A stretch of DNA of 64,000 nucleotides from positions 384,001 to 448,000 of the forward strand of contig JBBCGK010000001.1 of NCBI GenBank assembly GCA_037200965.1, written 5' to 3'. Below are positions 46,273 through 56,133 of this stretch, in pieces. The notes under the pieces are model-generated. The model made no database searches, was not told the origin of the DNA, and was given only the letters and a program-made list of their open reading frames with translations. The DNA comes from a bacterium (GTDB lineage: Bacteria > Patescibacteriota > Minisyncoccia > Phycocordibacterales > Phycocordibacteraceae). Position numbers and translations under genes: made by a program. Position 1 is the first letter of the stretch. Each line of letters starts with the position of its first letter.

Positions 46273-47588
46273 GGCTGGTGATAGTCGGCGGGAATGCCGT
46301 GCTCCCCGGTCGTCTCAGAAAGCATGGGCAAATACGCACCTCCTTCCATAATCGGCAGAGCTGCCAACACCGCCGGGAGCGGCAATCCTGCGTCGCTATA
46401 CTGCTTCGCGGAAAGATAAAGCGCGAGAAGATTTTCCTTGAACGTACCCACACAATCAAATGGCTTCCCCTCGTGCATACCGATCAATTCCTCAAAGAGC
46501 GGAATGAGAGCCGCATCCTCAAAGAGATTCTTCCTGAAGATATTGAAAACGGTGTTTGGCGCAAGAAATGCGGATAACGCTCCGAACATGAAAGCGCATT
46601 TCGCGCATTCGCCACACCACGACCCGGTCTTAAGGCCCCGATTGCAAGAAACGAAATACGGAAAATATTGCGGATATTCGATGAATCTGCGGACCACCTG
46701 CAGCTCGTAGAGCGGCCGGATAAGGGAAAAGAGGCGGATGCCTGGATTCACATACTTCCGGACATACTCTGCCGCCATCTTCTCGAACTCATAGCTTTTC
46801 GAATACTGATGGTTAATATTCTGACCCAGATACTCGACATTACCTTCGCTCGCGCTCCGTTCAAGCGAGGGAATTATATCGGTGAAGCCGTTCGCCTGCG
46901 CGGCAAGCACGGCGCTCATCATGTATGTGGCGGTGATAGGCACGTGTCCGTTCGGCGCTCCCCGCTTCACAAGCTCCATGACGGGAGCGAAATTCTTCGC
47001 CACATCGCGCCTGACGCTCACACAATCGGTGACTCCGGACACTTCGCGCAGGCGCGGGCCAAAAGGGAGCGGTTCGAGCTCGAACCATGAAAATGCTTTC
47101 TCTTGCTTTTTTAGCAGTTCGCCAGTCACCAAGCTGTCCTTCCCTCCTCCGAAAGGCACCAGCGCGCGGCGCGGGCCATTCGGGATACTTTGAACCGGCA
47201 AAATATCGGGTGCCTGAGGGTCTCCAACCACGTGTACCAGCCCTCGAAAGTCGATCTTGTTGACATAAAAGAATTCCCCAAGACCCTGAGTATATAAATT
47301 CTCCCAAAATGCGATTTGTTCCGGCAAAAGCCGCCCCGCTTTTATAACAATTTCCGGAGCAAGGATTGCTTTCCAAAAGCCCGCAAGTTCCGCGAGACCG
47401 AGTGCAAACGCAGCTGGTCTTAATGTTTCGGGGTTTGTGCCGTCTGGGAATGTATACCCAAGTTCGTGGACGAAGCGGTGCCCGGCATCGGTCGTATAGG
47501 TATAGGCAACCTTCCCCCGTTCGATATCTATCGCAAACGCATCGAAATAGAATCTGTGCGCGAGCGGCGAAGGTTTCATCGCGTCCAT
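46269..47588 (-). CDS. PP-loop (SGGKDS-type) ATP-pyrophosphatase-superfamily protein with a C-terminal CxxC...CGxCxKC zinc motif; candidate MurL-like glycopeptidyl-glutamate epimerase
   Basis: 439 aa: RALVPFGGGKDSLVTG (PP-loop) and SCNRGLKTGSWCGECAKCAFMFGAL. ATGA-coupled to murD. Confidence 0.4.
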   Translation of the reverse strand: MDAMKPSPLAHRFYFDAFAIDIERGKVAYTYTTDAGHRFVHELGYTFPDGTNPETLRPAAFALGLAELAGFWKAILAPEIVIKAGRLLPEQIAFWENLYTQGLGEFFYVNKIDFRGLVHVVGDPQAPDILPVQSIPNGPRRALVPFGGGKDSLVTGELLKKQEKAFSWFELEPLPFGPRLREVSGVTDCVSVRRDVAKNFAPVMELVKRGAPNGHVPITATYMMSAVLAAQANGFTDIIPSLERSASEGNVEYLGQNINHQYSKSYEFEKMAAEYVRKYVNPGIRLFSLIRPLYELQVVRRFIEYPQYFPYFVSCNRGLKTGSWCGECAKCAFMFGALSAFLAPNTVFNIFRKNLFEDAALIPLFEELIGMHEGKPFDCVGTFKENLLALYLSAKQYSDAGLPLPAVLAALPIMEGGAYLPMLSETTGEHGIPADYHQP

Positions 47589-47633
47589 GCCCCTATTCTA
47601 CCCGCAGAACCGCACTCACGCACGAAACGGAAC

Positions 47634-48182
47634 CTACTCGCACTCCCTGGTCGAAGTCGCGTCCTGGTGCGTCACCGGAAGCGGGCTTCTCGGCATGACG
47701 ATGATGCTATACGGGGTCGAGAGGGACTGCGTCACCATGCAGCCCTTGCCCGGGACGGTGAGGGTGACATAGACGGTACGCTCGGTCGCGCTGTCCTCGA
47801 CTTTCGTGACCGCGATGGCGTATCCCCCGGTTGGCTTTTGCCCGGCGAACACCCCAACGACCTCCTGCGAGGAAAGGTCGACCGCGGGCGTCGTCGAACT
47901 GGTACCGAACGCGAGTTTCCAGAGTTTCGCAATCCCCTCGGCATCGGTCGCGAGATAGTTCTTGCGGGTCGTAACGCCTCCGGCATGGGTGCCGGTGGTG
48001 AGTGTCGTGAAGTCCACGGGGCCTCCTATCTCCATCGCTTCGGTCGAGTTCGGCGTCGTAGTAGCCACCTGCTCGACGGCGGGCACGCCCATCATAAGCT
48101 CGTCAGGAGTGTAAAAATAAAGATAGGCACCGATGATGCCGGACGCGATGATCATCCCGACGATGATAAGAAGGTCTTTCAT
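47634..48182 (-). CDS. membrane-anchored PrcB_C-like domain protein (protease-complex subunit PrcB family), tentative
   Basis: An N-terminal TM (MKDLLIIVGMIIASGIIGAYLYFY) and a C-terminal motif GVFAGQKPTGGYAIAVTKV...GKGCMVTQSLSTPYSIIV. The start is chosen at ATG 48182, 6 nt after TATACT; the track start at 48242 overlaps the tRNA. Confidence 0.4.
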   Translation of the reverse strand: MKDLLIIVGMIIASGIIGAYLYFYTPDELMMGVPAVEQVATTTPNSTEAMEIGGPVDFTTLTTGTHAGGVTTRKNYLATDAEGIAKLWKLAFGTSSTTPAVDLSSQEVVGVFAGQKPTGGYAIAVTKVEDSATERTVYVTLTVPGKGCMVTQSLSTPYSIIVMPRSPLPVTHQDATSTRECE

Positions 48183-48237
48183 AGGTCTAGTATACCTTCT
48201 GTGCGGGCCCCGGGGGCGTTCTCCACAGGGAATTTTG

Positions 48238-48310
48238 TGCACGCTCTAGGATTCGAACCTAGGACCGCTCGAGTATCAGTCGAGTGCTCTACCAACTGAG
48301 CTAAGCGTGC
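48238..48310 (-). tRNA. tRNA-Ile (anticodon GAT)
   Basis: The reverse complement folds as a cloverleaf: acceptor GCACGCT/AGCGTGC, D-arm GCTCAGTTGGTAGAGC, anticodon stem CTCGA/TCGAG with loop CTGATAC, and T-arm CTAGGTTCGAATCCTAG. Discriminator A; CCA not encoded. Confidence 0.85.
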
Positions 48311-48565
48311 AGTTTCGTGATAGTACCAAAATCCGCCTGTTATTTCCACTTTCCCCACCCCCTCCCTTTCCCCCGAACCTTGCCTGTTATAGTGAGCCTA
48401 TAGATGGTCCACCGTGGCAACACGCGCGAACCGAAATTCCTCCGGTCGAGGAGGACTTCTACTCCCGAGTCGAAACTGCGCCGGCATCGCAACAAGGAGC
48501 GCATCTGGCAAAGATGCGTAAAGCGCCTCAAGGTCGCGGAAGTGCCTGCGGCTGCATAGGCCAAA

Positions 48566-48599
48566 AAGAAAGACCCGGATCACCCGGGTTCTTTCTTTA
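48566..48599. other. strong 14-15-bp hairpin (AAAGAAAGACCCGG-atcac-CCGGGTTCTTTCTTT) in the 16S-tRNA-Ile spacer
   Basis: Seen directly. Could be an rRNA processing stem or an attenuator. Confidence 0.4.
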
Positions 48600-48933
48600 T
48601 TCAGTGCATCGAAAACCTGTAGTCGCGTTCTCTTTTGTTCCGCCTATCCTGCTCCCGCTCAAAGGCTCACGTGTGGCCTTCAAGCGACCGCCGGGTTACG
48701 TTATCCGGCTTCCGTAGCGCGTTTGGGGACGACGCTAATCTCCCACTGTCCTTGCAGACAATATCGACATGATATGCCTTTCGGGCGATATCGGTTCCAA
48801 TTGGATATGTTCCACGAGCAGCTTCCGCTACCCGTGCCTTGTTTCGACTTACTCCCTGTCATTGAGTTTGCCGTAGTCCTGCATACGCAGAATTTCGGGC
48901 ACCCCCAACTCCCTTGAGTTGACGGGCGAATGT

Positions 48934-49824
48934 GATACTTAGGCAAGTTCACGTTCCCACGCAGCGAGCGGATTTCCCGCACTGCGCGAGCCCCCGGCGT
49001 GCATTTTCGATTTCAACACAGCGATCTTCCTAACCCCTTCTTTCGTGTGATGGGCTTTCGCAATCGCGAGCTCGAGGACTTGGTAAAATAGCTCAAAGTC
49101 CTTTACGCGCTTGCTTTCAAGCGGGTGCCTTTTGAAAAAAGGCACCACGACTTGCTTCAAGAGATCGTAGCTGAAGATCTCGAACCGATAATTATCCCGT
49201 TGATTCTTCCGATATTCGCGTTGGAAGTATATCTTTCCGCATCCCCAGAATTTCTGTACTTTCTCAAGAAGAGGAAGTTCGTCTTCCCGCATCTTGATGT
49301 AGTAACGGCACTGCACCCGGTAACTTACCGAGCCATGCTCTTTCTTAGGTGGAAGCAGATAGACACAGAAACTCCCTTCGCCATCGGTCAAACCGACGAT
49401 GTAATCAGCGGATAGCACGCCTGGTTTTGTCCTTCTCGCGTTCTTCTTGTGGAAGAGCGCAATACTACGACGCAGCTGACTCCCAGTGTCTTTTGATTCC
49501 TGCATACCGACATAGTATCAATGAGTTGACACTACGGGTATTCAAGAACCGTTGCCGTTGTGGACAACTGGGTCTCCCCGGGTTACGCATACTTCTATTC
49601 CATACATCCTCTACGGGCCTTTCTTCGGCACCTTCCCTATCCTCACCGCCCACTGATAGGTCGATGCGGCCCTTTTTGTGTACAGGCTGTGTTTTGCTTC
49701 CAGATCCTTCAGTCCATACCTTACGGCATTGGACCTATCTTTCGGCTACGCTCCCCACGACGAGTGAGGAGGAGTGGATTTGAACCACTTAGAACTATGC
49801 GCTGCCGGGCGCATTTATTTGTGA
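48934..49824 (-). mobile_element. intervening sequence (group-I-intron-like, ~890 bp) inserted near E. coli 16S position ~1396 (CTTGTAC|ACATTCGCCCGTCA)
   Basis: Conserved 16S sequence stops after TTGTAC at 49825 and resumes at 48933. The insert encodes a LAGLIDADG ORF. Confidence 0.7.
48939..49505 (-). CDS. LAGLIDADG homing endonuclease (single-motif type)
   Basis: 188 aa with the motif YIVGLTDGEGSF; the ORF ends at the insert boundary. Confidence 0.8.
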   Translation of the reverse strand: MQESKDTGSQLRRSIALFHKKNARRTKPGVLSADYIVGLTDGEGSFCVYLLPPKKEHGSVSYRVQCRYYIKMREDELPLLEKVQKFWGCGKIYFQREYRKNQRDNYRFEIFSYDLLKQVVVPFFKRHPLESKRVKDFELFYQVLELAIAKAHHTKEGVRKIAVLKSKMHAGGSRSAGNPLAAWERELA

Positions 49825-50395
49825 GTACAAGACTCGAGAACGTATTCACCGTAGTATGGCTGACCTACGATTACTAGTGATTCCGGCTTCATGAGGTCGG
49901 TTGCAGACCTCAATCCGTACTGGGGGCGGTTTTCGGGATTAGCTCCACCTTGCGGTCTTGCATCCTTCTGTACCGCCCATTGTAACACGTGTGCAGCCCA
50001 GGGTATCAAGGGACATGCTGATCTGGCGTCATCCCCACCTTCCTCTCCCGTGAGGGAGCAGTCTCGCCTGACATATATAACAGGCAACGGGGGTTGCGTT
50101 CGTTACCCCACTGAAGGGAACAGTTCAAACCACGAACTGACGACGACCATGCATCACCTGTCCAGCACCCTCGAAGGCTCCGTCCCTTTCGGGTCGGATG
50201 CAGCTGGATTTCTAACCCTGGTAAGGTTCTTCGCTTGCCGACGAATTAAGCCACATGTTCCACCACTTGTGCGAGTCCCCGTCTATTCCTTTGAGTTTTA
50301 AGCTTGCGCTCGTACTACCCAGGCGGCTCGCTTATCGCGTTAGCTTAGCCCCACAGAGGGTCGATACTCCGTAGAGCGAGCGAGCAACGTTTAGG

Positions 50396-50427
<32 letters not shown>

Positions 50428-50689
50428 ATCCCCTGGCTTTCGTGTGTGAGCGTCAGGAACGTACCAGTCTATTGCCTTCGCCTTTGGTGTTCCCCATGAT
50501 ATCAACGGATTTCACCCCTACACCATGAGTTCCATAGACCTCTTACGCCCTCGAGCCGTACCGTTTCCCGTGCGGACCGGAAGTTGAGCTCCCGGATTTT
50601 ACGCGAGACTAATACGGCCGCCTTGACACCCTTTACGCCCAGTGATTCCGGATAATGCTCGGGGCCTCTGTATTACCGCTCCTGCTGGC

Positions 50690-51624
50690 CATCGTGTGTG
50701 GCATGCCGCACGGGCATGCCGCTCATATCGCTATGAGGATCGGACTATATCATCACCCACCAATACTGATGGGGCTCGGCGTGTAGTCTCTGAGGGGTCA
50801 AAGTATATATTCCGATGATCAGAAGGAAGCTTGTACCTGAAACAGGGCAGGATGTAAGGGGCGACGGTTCTTGTAAACGCGTCGCGTCCTTCTTTCCCGA
50901 TATACAGTTTCGGATACCGCTTCCCGCGGCACAGCGACAAATAGGTTTTTGCCGCGATGCCGAATCTCTCTAATAACAGCGCTTGCAGTCGCTTCACCTC
51001 CGATTCCGTGAAAGAATCAGTACTGATGTGGTACGCATAATGGGATTTTGCTCGATAATCGAGCCTCCCATCATCCATGAACCACACCGCGAGCGTGAGC
51101 GGCGACCGGAACAATTCGGTGATATTTCCAGGAACGACCTTCTCGCGTCCCGCGTAGAAGATTTTGCGCATGTCTTCGAGGTTCTCGAAGAAACGCGTTC
51201 CGAAATACCACTGTTTCGTATCCGGTCTTTGCTTCGGAGGAGTTTTGACGAGATGCGCGAAGTGACTATAAAGCCACACTACATACTCCTTTCGTTCCTC
51301 CGATTGCTTTACCTGCAATCGGGTGCCTCGATAGCCGTTAAACTCGAGATTTCCATCTCCGAGCATGAGGCCTACGAGCACATCCCGTTGTTGCTTCGAG
51401 AGCGCACAGATCATCTTCACAATTATACTCGACTTCCCTGCTGATTGTCTCTTGGGATCTGATTTTGATTTCAAAGAAATCTAAACCAGACGCAGTCCAC
51501 AAGAGAGTTCCAGCATATAGCCAAGTTTTCGATCTCGATTTCTCGAGAAAGCTGCACGCGGTAACGAACGGTTCGTGAGAACCGTTCGATTTGCTCCAAT
51601 GCGCAGAGCCACCTGCGCACGTGT
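50690..51624 (-). mobile_element. intervening sequence (~935 bp) inserted in the 16S 515-region (AACTCTGT|GCCAGCAGGAGCGGTAATAC)
   Basis: The exon sequence ends at 51625 and resumes at 50689. The flanking universal-primer site reads GCCAGCAGGAGCGGTAATAC rather than GCCAGCAGCCGCGGTAATAC. Confidence 0.7.
50731..51474 (-). CDS. LAGLIDADG homing endonuclease (double-motif type)
   Basis: 247 aa with VGLMLGDGNL and VWFMDDGRL motifs. Confidence 0.8.
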   Translation of the reverse strand: MKSKSDPKRQSAGKSSIIVKMICALSKQQRDVLVGLMLGDGNLEFNGYRGTRLQVKQSEERKEYVVWLYSHFAHLVKTPPKQRPDTKQWYFGTRFFENLEDMRKIFYAGREKVVPGNITELFRSPLTLAVWFMDDGRLDYRAKSHYAYHISTDSFTESEVKRLQALLLERFGIAAKTYLSLCRGKRYPKLYIGKEGRDAFTRTVAPYILPCFRYKLPSDHRNIYFDPSETTRRAPSVLVGDDIVRSS

Positions 51625-52214
51625 ACAGAGTTAGGAGCCCCTTATTCCCCGGGTACCGTCAATTACTTCGTCCCCGGGAAAAGCTGTTTACGTACCTAAG
51701 CACTTCGTCCAGCACGCGGCGTCGCTCCGTCAGGCTTGCGCCCATTGCGGAATATTCTCGTCTGCGGCCTCCCGTAGGAGTATGGGCCGTATCTCAGTCC
51801 CATCGGTGGGGGTCAGCCTCTCAGCTCCCCTAAACGTCGTAGCCTTGGTGAGCCATTACCTCACCAACTAGCTGATATTACGCAGGTGACTCCCGGAGCA
51901 ATAAATCTTTACTCTCGCGAGACCATCGGGAATTACCCAACCTTTCGGCTGGCTATGCCCGACTCCGGGGGATCTCCCTGCGCGTTACTACCTCGTTCGC
52001 CACTGCCCTTGCGGGCCGTTCGACTTGCATGACTTATCCACGCCGCCAGCATTCATCCTGAGCTAGGATCAAACTCTCATTAAGAATAGGCGGAACAAAA
52101 CAAAACATAACTTACAGGTTTTCTTGCACCCCCAAGACCGTGCCGGTCCTGGGGACTTTATTCGTATGTCAGAGAGCAAATAAAACCGGCCCCCTGTGGG
52201 GCAGGTAAAGCCAT

Positions 52215-52241
52215 ACTATAGGAGGGCGGGAGGGGCGTCAA
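52215..52241 (-). promoter_or_regulatory. putative rRNA promoter TTGACG-N15-TATAGT (minus strand), ~135 nt upstream of the 16S 5' end
   Basis: Hexamers read from the reverse complement of 52215-52241; the spacer is one nt short of optimal. Confidence 0.4.
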
Positions 52242-52338
52242 GAGGCGTTTTGATGGGCGTCGTAACGAACCGGAGACCCTTTGGACAGGCCTTAGCGCTT
52301 ATGGTATATCTGGCCCAGATCCAACGGAGATTACGCAC

Positions 52339-52824
52339 ATGGGAACTCGGGTAGCCGACATGGCCAAGGCCATGGGAATGTCCTATATAGACCTGAACCG
52401 CCGACTCTTTCCAGTCAACGCTCCCGCCAGGCTGGTGCCGACCATTGAAGAACTCGAGGAGGAACTGGAAGAATCTGAGACGATGGGCGAGGTCGCGTAC
52501 GTCATAAACGAAACGAAGCCCGGAAGCCCCCTCAGGCACCGGGCAACCCAGAAACACTATGCGCTCTGGATCAAAGCCCGTGACGAAGCGCGCACGATTG
52601 CTGAGTGGTACGAAGTGCATCGCTTCGCGCGATTCGACAAGCAACGCGACGCTGCCAGGGCCAAGATCGACAATATCTTCGAGTCGAAATTCAATGCGGC
52701 AGACACTCTCCCGAAACTCATGGAACTTTGGGAAGCGTTGCCGCGGAAGAGCAGGACTTTCGGCTATCTGCGGACACGCATGCTCTTCAAGATCGCCGAA
52801 TACTACCAAGATGAAGGGGGATGA
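52339..52824 (+). CDS. hypothetical protein (161 aa, acidic, no recognisable motif)
   Basis: GGAG sits 10 nt upstream, and the ORF is followed 9 nt later by a GAAA-tetraloop terminator. The antisense ORF 52216-52809 has no such signals. Confidence 0.45.
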   Translation: MGTRVADMAKAMGMSYIDLNRRLFPVNAPARLVPTIEELEEELEESETMGEVAYVINETKPGSPLRHRATQKHYALWIKARDEARTIAEWYEVHRFARFDKQRDAARAKIDNIFESKFNAADTLPKLMELWEALPRKSRTFGYLRTRMLFKIAEYYQDEGG

Positions 52825-52832
52825 ATCTTTGA

Positions 52833-52858
52833 AAGGGCCTGCGGAAACGCGGGCCCTT
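52833..52858 (+). terminator. intrinsic terminator AAGGGCCTGCG-GAAA-CGCGGGCCCTT followed by a T-rich tract
   Basis: 11-bp stem (one G-U) with a GNRA tetraloop seen directly. Confidence 0.55.
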
Positions 52859-52949
52859 CACTGTTTCCCTTATAAAACGATTCTTACCTCCGACAAGTTG
52901 CATGCGGCGTTGAAAAGCGTATGCTGGTTGAAGCCGTCAAACCTTACCT

Positions 52950-53642
52950 ATGAGCGCATCACCGCGGGAGCGTGTTGTCGTGTCTGTCGGAGGGTCTCTT
53001 ATCGTCCCTGAGGGGATCGATGCTTCATTTCTCGCGCGCTTCCGCGAGCTTATTCTCAAAAAGATTTCCGAGGGCTTTTCTTTTTATATCATCACGGGCG
53101 GCGGGAAGACCGCGCGCAGCTATCAGGAAGCCGCGCATCTTGTTCGCGGCGATCTCCCGCGCGAAGACCTCGATTGGCTCGGCATCCACTCGACCAGACT
53201 CAACGCGCACCTCATGCGCACGCTTTTTCGCGAGCAGGGGCACGCGAAGATCGTAAAGGATCCGACAATGGTCCCTGAGGAAAGCCCGGTTATCATCGGT
53301 GCCGGATGGAAGCCCGGCTGGTCGACCGACTATTGCGCCGTGCTTGCGGCAAAGGCGCTCGGCGCGAAGCGCCTCGTGAACCTGTCGAATATCGACTACG
53401 TATACGACAAAGACCCGAGGAAATTCGAGGGTGCGAAGAAGCTTGAAAAACTATCCTGGAGCGAGTTCCGAAGCCTTATCCCTGCCGAGTGGGATCCGGG
53501 GCTCTCTTCCCCGTTCGATCCGGTAGCGGCCAAGGAAGCGGAGGCGCTTGGTCTTGAAATCGCCATCATGAACGGCGCGCGTCTTGATGAATTTGAAAAC
53601 TATTTAGAAAATAGGAACTTCGAGGGAACGGTCATTTCATAA
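52950..53642 (+). CDS. pyrH: UMP kinase PyrH
   Basis: 230 aa: RVVVSVGGSLI...ITGGGKTARSY... (amino-acid kinase fold, UMPK signature). Confidence 0.8.
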   Translation: MSASPRERVVVSVGGSLIVPEGIDASFLARFRELILKKISEGFSFYIITGGGKTARSYQEAAHLVRGDLPREDLDWLGIHSTRLNAHLMRTLFREQGHAKIVKDPTMVPEESPVIIGAGWKPGWSTDYCAVLAAKALGAKRLVNLSNIDYVYDKDPRKFEGAKKLEKLSWSEFRSLIPAEWDPGLSSPFDPVAAKEAEALGLEIAIMNGARLDEFENYLENRNFEGTVIS

Positions 53643-53647
53643 CGAAA

Positions 53648-53667
53648 CGGGCCGCTTTCGCGGCCCG
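53648..53667. terminator. bidirectional hairpin CGGGCCGC-tttc-GCGGCCCG between convergent pyrH and 53684-54580
   Basis: 8-bp GC stem seen directly; the minus-strand reading is followed by TTTCGTT. Confidence 0.5.
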
Positions 53668-53683
53668 CAAGTTGGGGAAGACC

Positions 53684-54580
53684 TTAGTGATATAGGAATG
53701 AGGAATCCGACATCACGACCTGTCCGAGCGACAGGTCTTTGACCCATCCCGGCATTTCAGTCCGATGCTCATGCACGAGCGCGGCGAGGCGCAACTGCAT
53801 GCTCGCCTCGGAACCTGTGATTTTCTTCTCTTCGATCTCACGCAGCACTCGGGCGATCTTGTCGGCAAGATACGGCGCAAGCGCTCCGGTAAACACGTTG
53901 AGCTGCATACCGGACCTGTCTCTGGTCTCTTGCGGGCCCAATGCCTGATAGTGCGTCGCAAGAAGTCCCTGGAGCGATGCGTTCGGCTTGAGCCTGAAGT
54001 CGACTGAAACGAGAGCATGGATGGTATAGCCCCCGTACCAGGCAACTGTGACCGGTACAATAGCGGAACGGCGCCAGACCGGCACCGGGACGCTACGTAC
54101 TTCCAGGCGTTCGGCCTGCACGATCTGCCCCGGCAAGAGCATCCGGCCATCGTCGGTTATCCGCACATACCCAGGAGCGGTACCGAGCAGATGTCCGCCT
54201 TGGTTTATGTAGAGCGCCGCCGCAGTCGGCATGAGGGCGAGCAGCGTGAAGACGCTCAGCGTGATCGGGATAGCTTCGTCGGTCGCTTCGTAGAACCAGT
54301 ACAGCGGACCGAAGTATTTGCGCGTCTTTCCTGTCCAATCATCTGTCCACACGAGAATAAGCGCGTAGGCACTGAGACAGATAACGCCGCCCGCCGACAC
54401 CCAGATCGGCGTCCATTCCCAGAACGCGGCATTGTCTTCCATGGCGCTCACCCCATAGGCGTCCAATAGATACAGGGACGAAAAAAGAAAAGCGGCGACA
54501 CTCACGGCGAAACCGGCAGCAATAAAGGCGGTCCGGCCCAGCCAGTGTGGGAGCTCGAAGCTCCGCGTTGTTGCAGTCAT
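53684..54580 (-). CDS. hypothetical membrane protein (4 TM N-terminal domain + soluble C-terminal domain)
   Basis: 298 aa; no motif recognised. Confidence 0.35.
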   Translation of the reverse strand: MTATTRSFELPHWLGRTAFIAAGFAVSVAAFLFSSLYLLDAYGVSAMEDNAAFWEWTPIWVSAGGVICLSAYALILVWTDDWTGKTRKYFGPLYWFYEATDEAIPITLSVFTLLALMPTAAALYINQGGHLLGTAPGYVRITDDGRMLLPGQIVQAERLEVRSVPVPVWRRSAIVPVTVAWYGGYTIHALVSVDFRLKPNASLQGLLATHYQALGPQETRDRSGMQLNVFTGALAPYLADKIARVLREIEEKKITGSEASMQLRLAALVHEHRTEMPGWVKDLSLGQVVMSDSSFLYH

Positions 54581-54666
54581 TGGATTATCCTCCGTAACGA
54601 GCTTGGTTGCCTAAGGCATTATAGCAGATAAACGTGGCACTGTAAAACGACGACGTCCACTGATCG

Positions 54667-55218
54667 TTATCTTGAAACTTCCGAGAGGATCCGGTCTATC
54701 TGCTTATGAAGCTCTTCGAGCGTGCCGTCGTTGGTGATTGTAAAGTCAGCCGAATCAATGACGGCACGGATATTGTGCTTTGCCGGATCGTTCGATGCTA
54801 TTTCCCGCTCGTTGTCCTCGACAAACTTCTCAAAAGAAACCTGATCGGTCTCGGTTCCCCGCTTCCGTATACGTTCGTAGCGCGCTCTGACATCCGCGTC
54901 CACGCCCAGGATTATGGCCCCGTGCTCCCGGAGGAAATTCGCCTCTCCGAGCGTATGCAATGACTCGATGATAACATCGGCTCCGTACGATTGCGCGCGC
55001 TTCAGAAGCTCTCCCGTGATATATCCGGCTCCATGTTTCGCGCGTAAATCGTTCGCGACGATGCTCAGATTATCGCGAACGCGCGGAAGGCCCCGGCGAT
55101 CCACTTCTTCCCAGAGAAAGTTACGAACCGAGAAATGTGTAAATCCTTGTTCTTCGACCAAGTACTCGACCACCGTTCCCTTCCCCGCCCCGAGCGTCCC
55201 GGCGATACCGAGAATCAT
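54667..55218 (-). CDS. P-loop nucleoside-monophosphate-kinase-like protein (GAGKGT Walker A; adenylate/cytidylate kinase-like)
   Basis: 183 aa: ILGIAGTLGAGKGTVVEYL; the specific substrate is not assignable. Confidence 0.45.
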   Translation of the reverse strand: MILGIAGTLGAGKGTVVEYLVEEQGFTHFSVRNFLWEEVDRRGLPRVRDNLSIVANDLRAKHGAGYITGELLKRAQSYGADVIIESLHTLGEANFLREHGAIILGVDADVRARYERIRKRGTETDQVSFEKFVEDNEREIASNDPAKHNIRAVIDSADFTITNDGTLEELHKQIDRILSEVSR

Positions 55219-55221
55219 GGG

Positions 55222-56130
55222 CTATTTCTTCGCGAACCGGTGCGCGAGCGGGATAAGGAGCGGGGCGGAGCGGCAGATGGAAGAGAACGTTCCGGCGACG
55301 ACGCCGACGAGCATCACGAGCGCGAAGTTGACGGTCACGGGCGCGCCGAAGAAAACGAGTGCGAGGAGTGCGAGCGCGACCGTGAGCCCGGTATTGATGG
55401 AGCGCGTCATGGTCTCGTCGATCGACTTGCCGATCGTCGTCTCGAACGATTCCTTAAGCCCGGTCTTCTCGTTCTTCGCAAGGTGCTCGCGGACGCGGTC
55501 GAAAATGACGATAACGTCGTTCACGCAGTACCCGAGAAGGGCAAGAAGGGCGACCACGAAGAGCGAATCGACTTGAGCGCCCGTGAAATGGCACAGCGCC
55601 GCGAAGAAGCCGGTCGGCACGATGATGTCGATCGCGAGCATGGCGACGACGGTAAGACCGTAGGTCCAGCCGGGGACCGGAGGCGGGACTTTCCGGAACG
55701 CCCAGGCGATATAGAGCACGATGGCGAGGACGACCGCGAGGATGGCCCAGATCGCTTTCTTGCCAAGCTCGGTGCCGAGAGCAGGCCCGACGCTCGTGAA
55801 TTTGTCTTCGGTGAACTCCGCCGTGCCGCCAAGGGTAAGCGCGGAAAGGACTGCCTCGTGTTCCGCGGGAGTGAGCGTCCGGGTACGAAGCGTTACGCCC
55901 GTCTCTCCCGACTGGCGGAGCGATATTTCCCCGAGCGCGACCCGGTCGGTAACGCTCTTCTTAAGCACGTCGAGCGAAGGCTCGGACGTGGTGTACGTGG
56001 CCTCAAGGAGCGACCCGCCCGTGAAATCGATGCCGAGCGGAAGACCGAAGAAGACGATGGCGCCGAGCGCGGCGGCAAGGATGACTCCGGTGATCCAGAA
56101 GAACAGCGTGCGATGGTTGACGATATACAT
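55222..56130 (-). CDS. secF: protein translocase subunit SecF
   Basis: 302 aa with the typical SecF N-terminus (GIDFTGGSLLEATY) and 6 TM helices. Confidence 0.85.
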   Translation of the reverse strand: MYIVNHRTLFFWITGVILAAALGAIVFFGLPLGIDFTGGSLLEATYTTSEPSLDVLKKSVTDRVALGEISLRQSGETGVTLRTRTLTPAEHEAVLSALTLGGTAEFTEDKFTSVGPALGTELGKKAIWAILAVVLAIVLYIAWAFRKVPPPVPGWTYGLTVVAMLAIDIIVPTGFFAALCHFTGAQVDSLFVVALLALLGYCVNDVIVIFDRVREHLAKNEKTGLKESFETTIGKSIDETMTRSINTGLTVALALLALVFFGAPVTVNFALVMLVGVVAGTFSSICRSAPLLIPLAHRFAKK

Positions 56131-56133
56131 ACG

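Noticed and set aside
48307-48717. 136-aa plus-strand ORF and neighbours in 48300-48800
   Set aside because: They lie in the rRNA spacer and the antisense of the 16S 3' region; no coding signals.
52216-52809. 197-aa minus-strand ORF
   Set aside because: It overlaps the plus-strand ORF 52339-52824, which has an SD-like GGAG and a downstream tetraloop terminator, and it would run through the putative rRNA promoter.
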